In this document: positions 27,253 to 37,893 of the stretch, piece after piece
Layout of the letters: every line of letters starts with the position of its first letter
Numbering within the stretch: the first letter of the stretch is position 1
Position numbers and translations under genes: made by a program
Notes under the pieces: generated by a model
What the model saw: only the letters and a program-made list of their open reading frames with translations
Told to the model about the DNA's origin: nothing
Databases searched by the model: none
Assembly (NCBI GenBank): GCA_051294375.1
Contig: CM119271.1
Span: 16,454,212-16,518,211 of the forward strand
From: Paraspadella gotoi
Taxonomy: Eukaryota; Animalia; Chaetognatha
Reading direction: 5' to 3'
Length of the DNA stretch: 64,000 bases

Positions 27253-27507
27253 TATGGCAACAGCCGGGTTGCCTGTGATGCCCCTTGGGATGGGGCATCT
27301 CACTGTTGGCTTTGTGGGCTTCCGACCCTCATTGACACCTCCAGTCACTGGCGCGGTTACCCTAGGACGGTCTCGCTTTGCCAACACAGAGGGAAGACGT
27401 TAGGACTGTGGATGGAACACTACGCCTGGGATGCTGTGTTCCCCCTCTGAGCCTATGGATTTGGCTGAAGCATGGTGGACGTGAGGCAGTGTGAATATAC
27501 CGCCACA
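27253..27507 (-). mobile_element. Solo LTR, family B, with a twister-like motif
   Basis: Perfect 4-bp TSD ATCC on both sides of TATGGC...GCCACA. Confidence 0.9.
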
Positions 27508-27514
27508 ATCCTAT

Positions 27515-27748
27515 TATGGTGGACTAAAATCCACTAACCGTTCATCAGCGGCCATTGGTGCCGCAGGAAAGTCATTCGTCTCCCAACCCAAAGGTCCGGG
27601 GTTTTAGCCCGATGGTCGCCTAGCAGTTAAGAGGGACGGGGCGCTTAACCCGCCTGTAACATGGTGTTACAGCCTGATCCAAAGCTCAGGGACTGTATAT
27701 ATTGAACGGTTCTGTCACTAACACATAACAGTAATTATTGTCTCTTCA
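27515..27748 (+). mobile_element. Solo LTR, family C, with a twister-like motif
   Basis: TATGGT...TCTTCA with a perfect TSD CTAT. Confidence 0.9.
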
Positions 27749-29039
27749 CTATTTTTTTTAACAAATGTTTATGGTACAGAATTTGTAGTCCGAACGGTTT
27801 TAAAATATACACATATGATTACAATAATATGACTTAACTCAAAATGTCTTCTTTATTCTTTGCCGCAATACATGAGGAACACAGTAAAAAAAGAAATTCA
27901 AATCTTGAAAAAGTGGGAAAAAAATTTGTTTTCAAATAACGCGTGCGGTATTATTGATTTAAAGCTTCAAGTTTGGCTCACAGATAAAGAAATAAGATAA
28001 AAATTTGCATGGGTACGTTTCGCCACGTTAACTTTCACCGTGTTTTATATACATTATTTTACGACTAATACTCTTTATTACGAAATTATATGCCGCTTAA
28101 TGGTGAATGATGATTCATTTTTGGACTGTCCCAACTGCCCATTAGAATGGAGCACTTGAGAACAAAATTTTTATTGGAGATATACATGTACTACACGTCG
28201 TGTAGTGATATAATTATGAAATAAAAGAAAGGATTCATTCCCATTCTGCAGGGATCAGAACAGAAATAACAATATATTTATAGTAATAACCTTATAAAAT
28301 AGTAAATTTTCAAATTTTTTAAAATTTACAAAAATGTAAAACATGTTAACAAAAAATTCAATGTCTTCAGGGTCAAAAATAGAAAAAAATGATTAAATTT
28401 TATATTTTTTCTCTTTCTGTAATAGAAACTATTATATGACGAAATGTTTTAATCGTCACATTACAAAAGTTTTTAAATTTTTTCTGGAGAATCTGAATAT
28501 ATTTTTAAAAATTAAAAAAAATATAATTTTGAAATTTTATTAATTTATAAGGATATTACTACAAAGAAAACTAAATTACGCTCAAAAACTTTGTAAAGAG
28601 AGTGAATTTTGTCCTTTATATTTACAGAGGCAACAAATAAATATTAACATATCCCAATCTTTTCATCACTCCACCCTACTGATCATCATTTGGTCAGATA
28701 GAACTATCAGAGAGTTACGAAGTTAGTATCAAAATTTCATGAGGATAAAACAGAGATTGGAGGAGGAGGAGGAGAAGGAGGAAGAAGAGGAGGAGGAGGA
28801 GTTAGGATAGAGATTTCAAGGTTAATCATAATATAGGACTGTCAAGTTCAAGGTATTTTCTCACCAAAAGCGAAACCAGATCAGGGGATCGATCTCCGCC
28901 GGAATGGAATCTCCGAACCTTGATTGGTCGAGATGTAACCGGAATCGACCAATCAGCGCTCAAGAATAAAATATAAACACTGAACTTATATCTGAAAATT
29001 ATCAACTAAAATAATCCAGTGTTCAAAACCTTTAACAAA

Positions 29040-29228
29040 ATAAGCCGCATAGGTTTAATAATTATATTAACGACTCTCTCCCTCGTCACATGGAAACGGT
29101 GCTGAAAGCAAATGGTGGTCCGACAATGTATTAACTAACTGAGTCCTAAAAAGTATTATTTTCTTTCAAATAAAGAAAAAAAAAGCTTTTATCATAACTA
29201 TTAAACTTTCTTTTAAGCAGATATGTAT
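29040..29228 (+). mobile_element. 3' fragment of a second Tc1 copy (transposase end plus TIR)
   Basis: Encodes DSLPRHMETVLKANGGPTMY* and is reverse-complement-similar to ~9947-10095. Confidence 0.8.
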
Positions 29229-29361
29229 AAATAGACTTAGCTTTCCTTAGTTTCAGTAGCATTGATCAAGACTCCTGCGTGTGTCTCACCGTCATCCTTA
29301 TTCTCTGAATAAATCTCATCCTGATTTCGTCCCTAGAAATCCATGAGTTTTTCCTTAAATG

Positions 29362-29402
29362 TGGTGGCAGCGGTGTGATTCAAACCCACGCCTCCGAAGA
29401 GA
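29362..29402 (-). other. 3' fragment of tRNA-Leu including CCA (extended PBS or tRNA retrocopy)
   Basis: TGGTGGCAGCGGTGTGATTCAAACCCACGCCTCCGAAGAGA matches the complement of the metazoan tRNA-Leu(AAG/UAG) 3' end plus CCA with about 2 mismatches, compared from memory. Confidence 0.8.
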
Positions 29403-29762
29403 GGCAGGGAGATCGAGTACAGATTAAACGACTACCTAACTAGTGGAGCTGAGCTGGAGAAAATCAGGAAGATCTTCGACACTGTTTCCAGCGTCGACAA
29501 AGAAAAACTCGTCAGCGCCCTCGTAACCAAAGAACTGACCGACCAAGACTGGACGGCGAGCACAACGGCCTTTTACCAGGGCACCATGCTGCAAGAGTTG
29601 AACAACGTTAACGAGTCCATCAAAGAGATGAAAAGCCAACTCGGAAAACCGACTCACCCAAGGGGATGATCGACGCCGAGACGATCGACGCGACGAGCGC
29701 CGCTATGATGACCACGAGCGTGGAGATACCAGATGTTTCGAAAAAACAAATCAAAGGGGCCC

Positions 29763-30537
29763 ACTATAAGAGCTTAGTATGGTGGATGACGGAAAATATC
29801 ACAGGGCCTCGCTATCGAGCCAGAACAACTACACAATAAGAGCTTAGTAGGGTGGATGACGAAAAATATCACAGGGCCTCGCTATCGAGCCAGAACAACT
29901 ACACTATAAGAGCTTAGAAGGGTGGATGACGAAAAATATCACAGGGCCTCGCTATCGAGCCAGAACAACTACACTATAAGAGTTTAGTAGGGTGGATGAC
30001 AGAAAATATCACAGGGCCTCGCTATCGAGCCAGAACAACTACACTATAGGAGCTTAGTAGGGTGGATGACGGAAAATATCACAGGGCCTCGCTATCGAGC
30101 CAGAACAACTACACTATAAGAGCTTAGTAGGGTGGATGACAGAAAATATCACAGGGCCTCGCTATCGAGCCAGAACAACTACACTATAAGAGCTTAGTAG
30201 GGTGGATGACGGAAAATATCACAGGGCCTTGCTATCGAGCCAGAACAACTACCACTATAAGAGATTAGTAGGGTGGATGACAGAAAATATCACAGGGCCT
30301 CTCTATCAAGTCAGAACGACTACACTATAAGAGATTAGTAGGGTGGATGACAGAAAATATCACTGGGCCTCGCTATCGAGCCAGAACAAATACACTATAA
30401 GAGCTTAGTAGGGTGGATGACAGAAAACATCACAGGGCCTCGCTATCGAGCCAGAACGACTACACTATAACACTATAAAAGCTTAGTTGGGTGGATGACG
30501 GAAAATATCACAGGGCCTCGCTATCGAGCCAGAACGA
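29763..30537 (+). repeat. 70-bp minisatellite, ~11 copies
   Basis: Unit ACTATAAGAGCTTAGTAGGGTGGATGACGGAAAATATCACAGGGCCTCGCTATCGAGCCAGAACAACTAC at 29763, 29833, 29903 and onward. Confidence 0.95.
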
Positions 30538-31368
30538 GGTTGGCGCGATGAAGATAAGAGAGGAAAACGCTTTTCAAAATTCGGGAAAAGACGAGACTTA
30601 GTGTTTTTGAATGAAGACTTAGAGAATGATTCAGCTGACGATGAATTTTTCAATGTGAAAAAAAGAAAATTGCATTATCCATCTGTCATAAATAAAAACA
30701 AAATAAAAACTCTAGCGGAAATAGCAAACAGCTTTCGAGGGAAATCGACGTCAGCAAGAATGCATAAATTCTTAAAAACGCTCAAACACAGGGAGCTGAT
30801 CGTAGTGAACAGAATTATGCATCAGATGGGCTGGAAAGATTGGAGCGACTCGAAAGAAGCAGAACAAAAGGCAAAAATTAAAAGATGAAAAGCCTACATC
30901 AATCTCGTAAGGAGAGCTGAGCGGAACGAAAAAGACATTATTCGCTCAGTCTTTACAGGTTTTTTGTCTGGTCCCAAATAGTCCCCTTGTCGTTCAATCA
31001 TGTCCGAATTCCGGTTTTTTGATTATGTGTTATGAACCGTTTATAAGCTTAACCTTGAATGAAGTTTCAGGGATAAAGGCCCGACCTGTTTTTAAAAGAA
31101 CATTTAGGAAATGGATTCGTTTTAAATAGTGTAAATCTTTTTTAAATACAGAATATTTAAAACAGCAGTAAGTTTTGCCTGTCTGTTCACCCTGAGCATT
31201 AAACTCCAATTACTCGTGATTGGATGGATGGATTAGAATGAAATTTTGTGTGTGGGTAGGGAAGTGTGTGATTGAGTTGGATATAAAGTTTCGCTGGAAT
31301 CGTGCGAGTAGAAATGAGTTTAAGTGGAAAAAACAAAAAAATCTATTTCACTATTTGAACGCCAATTA

Positions 31369-32209
31369 CAGTGTGTCCCAATGGTAATAATGTCTGTTAA
31401 CTTTTACATATTGTGCGGAACTATGTTGTTAAATTTCATTTCTGAGATAACAATGGCAAAGATAAGTTCTTACCATTTATTATACTATATTTCAAATTCA
31501 ATTTTTAAAAATTTTTCTGTGCAGAACATTCAATTTAAATCAGTCCTCATTCCTCACTTTTTTAAATTTTAAATATTTTTTTATTTTAAAATAATTTCTT
31601 ATTAAAAAATTATGTTAAAAATATTTTAAATAGATATAAATTATTTAAATTTTAATTTTTATAAAGTAAGTGCATTATTAAAAGGAAATAAACAAATATT
31701 AAAAAAATATAAAAATTTATAAAAATATGCTAATTAATTTGATATTTAAATTTTTTTATTTGAAGTTGTGAACAATTAAATCATTAAGCCAGAACAAAAT
31801 GGTTGCTATTTATTCAATAAATTATTATTAAATCAATTGAAAAAGTAATATGAACAAGGTAAGTAAATAATTTTTAAAATAATGATTACTGCTTTATAAA
31901 AGCTCTGGAGCTAAAAATATGCGATAGTTTCTTACTATCCTGTATCTAAAGAAAAGATTAAAAACATTATTTAATCTATATTATGAAAAATATTTGATAA
32001 ATATTAAAAAATATATAATTTATATATTTTTTTAAAAAATCACTAAAAATTTTTTTTTACCAATTGCTTTATTTCCTAATTTTAAAAATTTAAGTATCCT
32101 ATAAAATGGTCCATTCTTGTGCGCATTTTCATTATAATGAATTAAAGTTTTTCGATCTGCTCAAGGAGCAGTAAGCTTTTCTTAACAGACAGTACCATTG
32201 GGACACACT
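31369..32209. mobile_element. Tc1/mariner-type MITE nested in a HINE fragment (~31200-32490)
   Basis: TIRs TA|CAGTGTGTCCCAATGGTA ... TACCATTGGGACACACT. Confidence 0.8.
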
Positions 32210-33424
32210 ACTTATGAGTGGACGGGGCGATTGATTTATAATTTTGTATGTGGGTAGGAAAGTGTGTGATTAAGCTGAAAATCAAGTTTCGATGGAATCG
32301 TTTGAGTGGAAATGAGTTTAAATGAAAAAAAAAACCTGTTTCACTAATTGATTATGCTTCTTTTTTTATATTAAATGTAAATGCAAGACGTTTTAATTAA
32401 TCAAATAATTAATCAGTTAATTAATCAATTAGTTAATTAATTAATAAATAATTATTTAATCGGTCAATTGATAAATCAATTAATTATTCAATCAATAAAT
32501 TTATTTAGTTTTGCCGCGCGGTTCTCCTTCGCGTTTTGGATCGCAAAAATGTGAGCTTCTTCCCTGTGGCTCCGGATTGGCTGGCCTTAACCAATCGACG
32601 ACGAGAGTTTCGAGAAGATAATATTACCTTTGTTCCCGCGAATTTAGCGCAAGGTCGACGAGAAAACGTGTTGGCCGAGGGTTAATTGATTCTCTCTATC
32701 TACTTGTTTTTATCTTGTTTTTATCTTGTTTTTATTCCGTTGAAGAGACAGTAATTAATGTTATATGTTAATGACAGAACCGTTCAATATAGGCAGTCCC
32801 TGAGCTTCGGATCAGGCTGTAACACCGTGTTACAGGCGGGTTTGTTAGATCCAAAGACTCGCGAATCGTGATATCTGAGTTCGAACTTTACTTCGTCACA
32901 AGGATTTATCGTTTGGATCATTTCGTCATTCGTGCCATCAACGGAATGGACCTATAAACGGACTTGGTTGGCCTTGTGATGTGATTGCTCGTCTCCTTCA
33001 TGAATCATCAGAATGCCGACGAATCACAGACCTTACTTCAACCTTAGAATGACCAATGACCGTCAGAGGAACCGACGGAGGGATTGATGGTCAAAATTGC
33101 TAAGAGAACTCTAGGCATTCACCTCTACACCCAAACTCAAGAAAGAACTCTTCTTCAAATAATTATTGAACCATTTAATATTGTCATCATCTTTGTCTTA
33201 ACCTTTGTCATCGTGTTGATGGTGTCATTCCGTTGATGGTGCTTTAGTTTATTCATTGGTTTTTGAGTTTATACTGATTTTTGTAATTCTTTTGAGCGTT
33301 TAAATAATAACTTTGATAATTATTCTTTATTGTACTGTTTCAATATCTATATGCTTTGATTATTTTATTAAGTTAGTATGGCAACGGGAGGACTACCTTA
33401 TACCGGCCGGGGGTATCTCACTAA

Positions 33425-33503
33425 CTGGCGTAGGGGCTGCGGACCCTCAGTGACCGCCTCCGTCACTGGCATGTTTATACCGGCACCGTCACATTTAAGC
33501 CAG
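33425..33503 (-). ncRNA. Predicted type-P5 twister ribozyme (LTR-A)
   Basis: CTGGC-ttaa-ATGT-GACGG-tgccggta-TAA-ACAT-GC-CAGTGAC(ggaggcg)GTCACTG-AGGG(TCCGCAGC)CCCT-A-c-GCCAG shows P5, P2, P1, P3, P4, T1 GC/GC and T2 CCG/CGG. Predicted cut at 33477/33476. Confidence 0.8.
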
Positions 33504-33887
33504 AACCGGATACCCAGGGATTGAACCCGGGACGCACGGATGGAATGAGATGATTTAGCCTGCTCAGCCATTGAACGAGGCTGAGGACGGACAGCAGTGA
33601 GGCAGCTTTAAGTCTTGCTGCCACAGGATCCCCCACCAGACCTCTCCACAGGGGCCTCAATCCTGAGGAGATGTCTGAAGGTTTTGATCTCATTGCATAG
33701 TGAGAGCGAGCGGGCGAGCGAGCGAGTCTGGAGCGTTACCAGAGAAGTAGGGCATAGGCGTGATATGCATACCCTAAGCGACTAAGCGTGGCACGCCGTG
33801 CGCAGCGGTTGCGTGTTCGATAGTAGGGCTCACCACTTATGGCAACAGCCGGTGCCTGTGATGCCCATTGGATGGGGCATCTCACTG

Positions 33888-33963
33888 TGGCTTTGGGGGC
33901 TTCCGACCTCCAGTGACACCTCCAGTCACTGGCGCGGTTACCCTAGGACGGTTCGCTTTGCCA
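33888..33963 (-). ncRNA. Predicted type-P5 twister ribozyme (LTR-B)
   Basis: TGGC-aaa-GCGA-(G)ACCG-tcctaggg-TAA-CCGC-GC-P3-P4 loop TCGGAAGC, with T2 CGG/CCG. This copy lacks the G that other B copies have in GACCG. Confidence 0.7.
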
Positions 33964-34366
33964 ACGCAGAGGGAAGTCGTTAGGACTGTGGATGGAACAC
34001 TACGCCTGGATGGTGTGTTCCCCCTCTGAGCCAATGGATTTGGCTGAAGGATGGTGGACGTGAGACGGTGTGAATATACCGCCACAGGATCCCCGGGTCA
34101 AGACATCACTCAGGTTCCTCAAGCCTGAGAGGTGTCTGACAAGACTGTTACATAGTGGTGGAGAGAGAGAGCAGCGAGTTGTGGGGGCATAGGCGTTGTC
34201 GTAGCGTACCCCAGGGCATAGGCGTTTGTTGTAGCGTAACCCGAAGTCGGCAGGGCATAGGCGTTTGTCGTAGCGTACCCTGAGAAGGTTGCGTGTTCGA
34301 TAGTAGGGCTCACCACTTATGGCACGGGAGGATAGCCTGTGATCCAGGGCGCGGGTATCTCACTAA

Positions 34367-34445
34367 CTGGCGTAGGGGCTGCGGACCCTCAGTGACCGCC
34401 TCCTGTCATGGCATGTTTATAACGCGCACCGTCACATTTAAGCCA
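34367..34445 (-). ncRNA. Predicted type-P5 twister ribozyme (second LTR-A)
   Basis: Same core as 33425-33503, with small indels in P3 and P1. Confidence 0.72.
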
Positions 34446-35656
34446 AACCGGAATACCCAGGAGTGAACCCGGGACGCACGGATGGAATGAATGATTTAGC
34501 CTGCTCAGCCATTTGAGACAGAGCTGAGGACGGACAGCAGTGAGGCAGCTTTAAGTCTTGCTGCCACATTATGTACCCCTTTTTAAACTCTTCATAAACT
34601 CAGAGAAATAAGAGAGACTATTTGATCGTCGATCTGCTCAAGCCACCAAATCATGCCTTTGAAGAATCTCTGGTCTACCGAAGCATCTCGCCGGGGCTGA
34701 GGAGTTTCCTCAAATATTCTTCGAATATTCTCGGGGGCGTTTTAGGAGGAGGACGGACCGGCGGGTCCTTACAGGTTAAGCCCCCCGTCCCTCTTAACTG
34801 CTAGGCGACCACCGGGCTAGAACCCCGGACCTTTGGTGCCTCCGGCACCAATGGCCGCTGATGAAGGGTTGGTGTGTTTTAGTCCACCATACCGTTTTTA
34901 TTCCGTTTTTATTTGTTTCGTGCCCTTTTTGATGCATTACATTATTTTATGCTAACCTTCGGAAACTTGGTCGAAATATTTAGTTCTAGTCGGCGCAAGA
35001 TCAAACATATCTATTAATTAATTATTTAATCAATCAAGTCAATCTTTATATTGTCATCGTCACCATCATCGTCGTTGTTGCTTTTGTTGTGGCCAGTGAT
35101 GAAAAGACCTTAAAACAAACATTTCAGATCAAATTAATTAATTTATTAAATTATTATTTTAGTTTATATAGTCTGTAATAATTAATTAATTACCGCTAAT
35201 GATCGTGGACAGATCCGACATTGTTCGATAGTGAACAAGTTTGAGCAAACGATGTCGGATCTGCCCACGATCATTAGCGGTAATTAATTAATTAATACAA
35301 ACTATATAAACTAAAAAATAATTTAATTAATAAATTGTTTTATAATTAATTAATAGGTAACTAAATAGATGGATTGAATAGTTGATCAATTATTTATTAA
35401 TTAATTGACTGATTGATTAACTGATTAATTAATTAACTAATACATCTTACATTTACATTTAATATAGAAAGAAAAAAAAGCATAATCAATTAGTGAAACA
35501 TATTTTTTTTGTTTTTTCCAGCTTAATCACACTTTCATGCCCACACAAAAAATTTCATTCCAATCCATCCATCCAATCACGAGCAATAGAAGTTTTTTGC
35601 TAAGGTGGGACGGACAGACGGACGGGCATCGTTTATTTTTTTTTGCATAATTTATC

Positions 35657-35872
35657 TGGCGAAAACAAAGTTTAGATTTGTACTACAACGATTTTATTTA
35701 ATATAAACAGACATGTTTCGACTCTTGTTCGAGTCTTCAAAACACTGATGAAGACTCGAACAAGAGTCGAAACATGTCTGTTTATATTAAATAAAATCGT
35801 TGTAGTACAAATCTAAACTTTGTTTACGCCAAATACTAAAACACAACGAAACGAAAGGAATACCACAATATG
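35657..35872 (+). mobile_element. Penelope-like terminal fragment with an inverted 5' arm and a 12-bp TSD
   Basis: GCATAATTTATC flanks both sides (35645-35656 and 35873-35884). 83-bp palindromic arms at 35657-35739 and 35749-35831. Confidence 0.75.
35740..35783 (+). ncRNA. Minimal type I hammerhead ribozyme
   Basis: AAACA-CTGATGA-A-GACTC(gaacaa)GAGTC-GAAA-CATGTC^TGTTT: 5-bp stem I, 5-bp stem II, palindromic ACATGT stem III. Confidence 0.85.
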
Positions 35873-37325
35873 GCATAATTTATCATAATTCGTTGTTCTG
35901 ACATGATATAAGTAAATGCCCGACAAGATTGAGAGGGCAGACCGACGGACCGTCAAAGTGAATTTTAGAGTCGGGATCTGCTGATAAGCAAATCCAACTA
36001 AAAACAATTAAATTAGATTTAATGAAAATGAGGAGAAATGAAATAATTCTATTAATGTTTTCTGACCTTGCTTAATCGATCAAACTCGCTGTGGAATTCA
36101 AGGTAAGCGATATTTTTTTTAAAACCTGTACTCAATGTCAAAGTCAAATTTTTAAGAGAACAAGAAATCGGAACAAATGGAGACATTTTTAACGTACATC
36201 TTTTTTTCTGATTTTGGATTAATATAAAAAAAATTAGACGCACAAATTTGAAAAAAAGTATAACTAAAATCTTTAATTTATAATAGAAATTCTTTTTTAA
36301 ACAATATTCACATTTGTATTAACCAACTACGTTCATCTAATCAAAATTAAAAAAGATTAAGTTTGTTCTTTTTTCTCCTCAACTAAATCACTTAATACAA
36401 AATAAACGTAAAACATTTCATGTTCTATAAAAATTTTATAAAAAAATTGTTTTTGAATTTATTATCAGGCAAAAAAAATGGGGCTAAATTCTACCAATCG
36501 GAGATTAGAGAAAAAACGTCAGGTAAAAAAAAAATACCATGATGGAAAAGAAAAGTGTCGCGGTTACTTTCCAGTTATTTTTCGGCATTTTAATGAAAAG
36601 AATCGAAAAAGAAAATCTAGATATAAAAAAATTTTGGCTTTTTGTGATTCGTATGAGCTATGTCTCATTTATGTATGATAAAAAATACAGGAGTTCTATG
36701 TAAAAAAATATACATTGTCCAAAAAAATGTTATTTTTTTATGATTTTTATATCTATACTTTTTATTTATATTAATTTTTATTTTTTTATTACTTTTTAAG
36801 TTTAACTAATACTATTAAAAATCCTTGCCTTTTCTCAGTCTTATGTTAAATGGTTATGGCATTATCTCTATTAGGATAGATTCAGGTATAAATCTTAATT
36901 CATATGTCAAAAAAAGAGCAATATTAAAAATACATTGATATTGTAGATGTTACAAAATATTATTTTTAAATTGTAAAATATCAATAAAAATTATGTTTTG
37001 GGTAACCTTTTTATAAACAAAATAATCATTTTTATTTACTTTTGGATGTATTATCAGAATCAAGTATCAAACAAGTCCAAAAATAAAAAAAATAATATTT
37101 TGTTAAAGTGAAAGCCAATAAATTATTAAATTATGCAGTAATAACTCGAGCCTGGTTTATTTTATAAACAATCAATCTTTTTCACTGCTTGTTAAGGGCC
37201 ATTTTTTGCCCCAAATATGATAAAAATTATCATGTCTGATATATAATTTTAACAATAATATGAATAATTCTCTTAGTGAAAACAAAGTTTAGAGTTTGTA
37301 TTACAACGATTTTTTATTTAATTTA

Positions 37326-37368
37326 ATCAGACATGTTTCAACTCTTGTTCGAGCCTTCATCAGTATTT
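37326..37368 (-). ncRNA. Minimal hammerhead ribozyme copy with a weak stem I
   Basis: CTGATGA-A-GGCTC(gaacaa)GAGTT-GAAA-CATGTC, followed by the same AT-rich tail as at 35780-35830. Confidence 0.7.
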
Positions 37369-37893
37369 GACAGACTATCAAAAACTTTTGCAAAAGTAAA
37401 TGTGAGAGAGAGAGAGAGAGAGAGACAGAGTTAAAGTTTCCAACAAAATGGTGAGACAGAATAGTGGTCAGAGGTGAGGACAGGTGAAGGCAAGGACAGA
37501 TTGAGTGAGTTTTTGAAAAAGAAAATGAAATGGTCAAACAGAGAGAGAGAGAGATAATATGATACATTTGTGCAATGTACAATAAAGATATGTTTCTTAA
37601 AGTGGAAATAACAATTAGCTAAATAATAAATTAAATATAGAATTTGAAATGTGAAATAAGAAAAATTACATTTGTTAGGGATAGTTAAGTTAAAGAGAAG
37701 AAAAGATGAAATATAAGAGATAATAATTCTCTTAATCAAAAAAGTAAAAACAGAGACAACCTCTTTTAAAAGTATTTGAATGCATTGAATAATTTAATAC
37801 TAATAAAAAATTATTTTATTCGGTCTTAGGGAGGTTATATTATTTATTAATCTTATTTATTATTATATTATTATATATTATTTTTTTCCCATC

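Larger units (their letters stand above)
33377..34568 (-). mobile_element. Tandem TRIM-like mini-retrotransposon array: LTR-A / internal / LTR-B / internal / LTR-A
   Basis: LTRs at 33377-33625, 33838-34086 and 34318-34568. On the minus strand each internal region starts with PBS TGGTGAGCCCTAC and ends with GGGGATCC (PPT-like). Flanks TTAG/TTAT. Confidence 0.9.
32843..34773. mobile_element. Solo LTR-like element D (~735 bp, pieces 32843-33376 and 34569-34773)
   Basis: TGTTAG...CTTACA termini with a 4-bp TSD GGTT. Confidence 0.75.
32741..34891 (-). mobile_element. Solo LTR family C split by nested insertions (pieces 32741-32842 and 34774-34891)
   Basis: TSD CCGT on both outer flanks. The two halves rejoin into the family C consensus. 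Confidence 0.9.
35235..36003 (-). mobile_element. DINE-1/HINE-like element hosting a Penelope-like insert
   Basis: Both family termini are present. It sits tail-to-tail with another 3' end at ~35150-35225. Confidence 0.75.

Noticed and set aside
29763-30537. CRISPR-like array
   Set aside because: The units are contiguous and near-identical with no unique spacers, there are no cas genes, and the context is eukaryotic.
34856-34891. CTGATGA in family C as a hammerhead core
   Set aside because: No stem II-GAAA follows it. It lies antisense to the element and is part of the AACCGTTCA/TGAACGGTT closing stem region.
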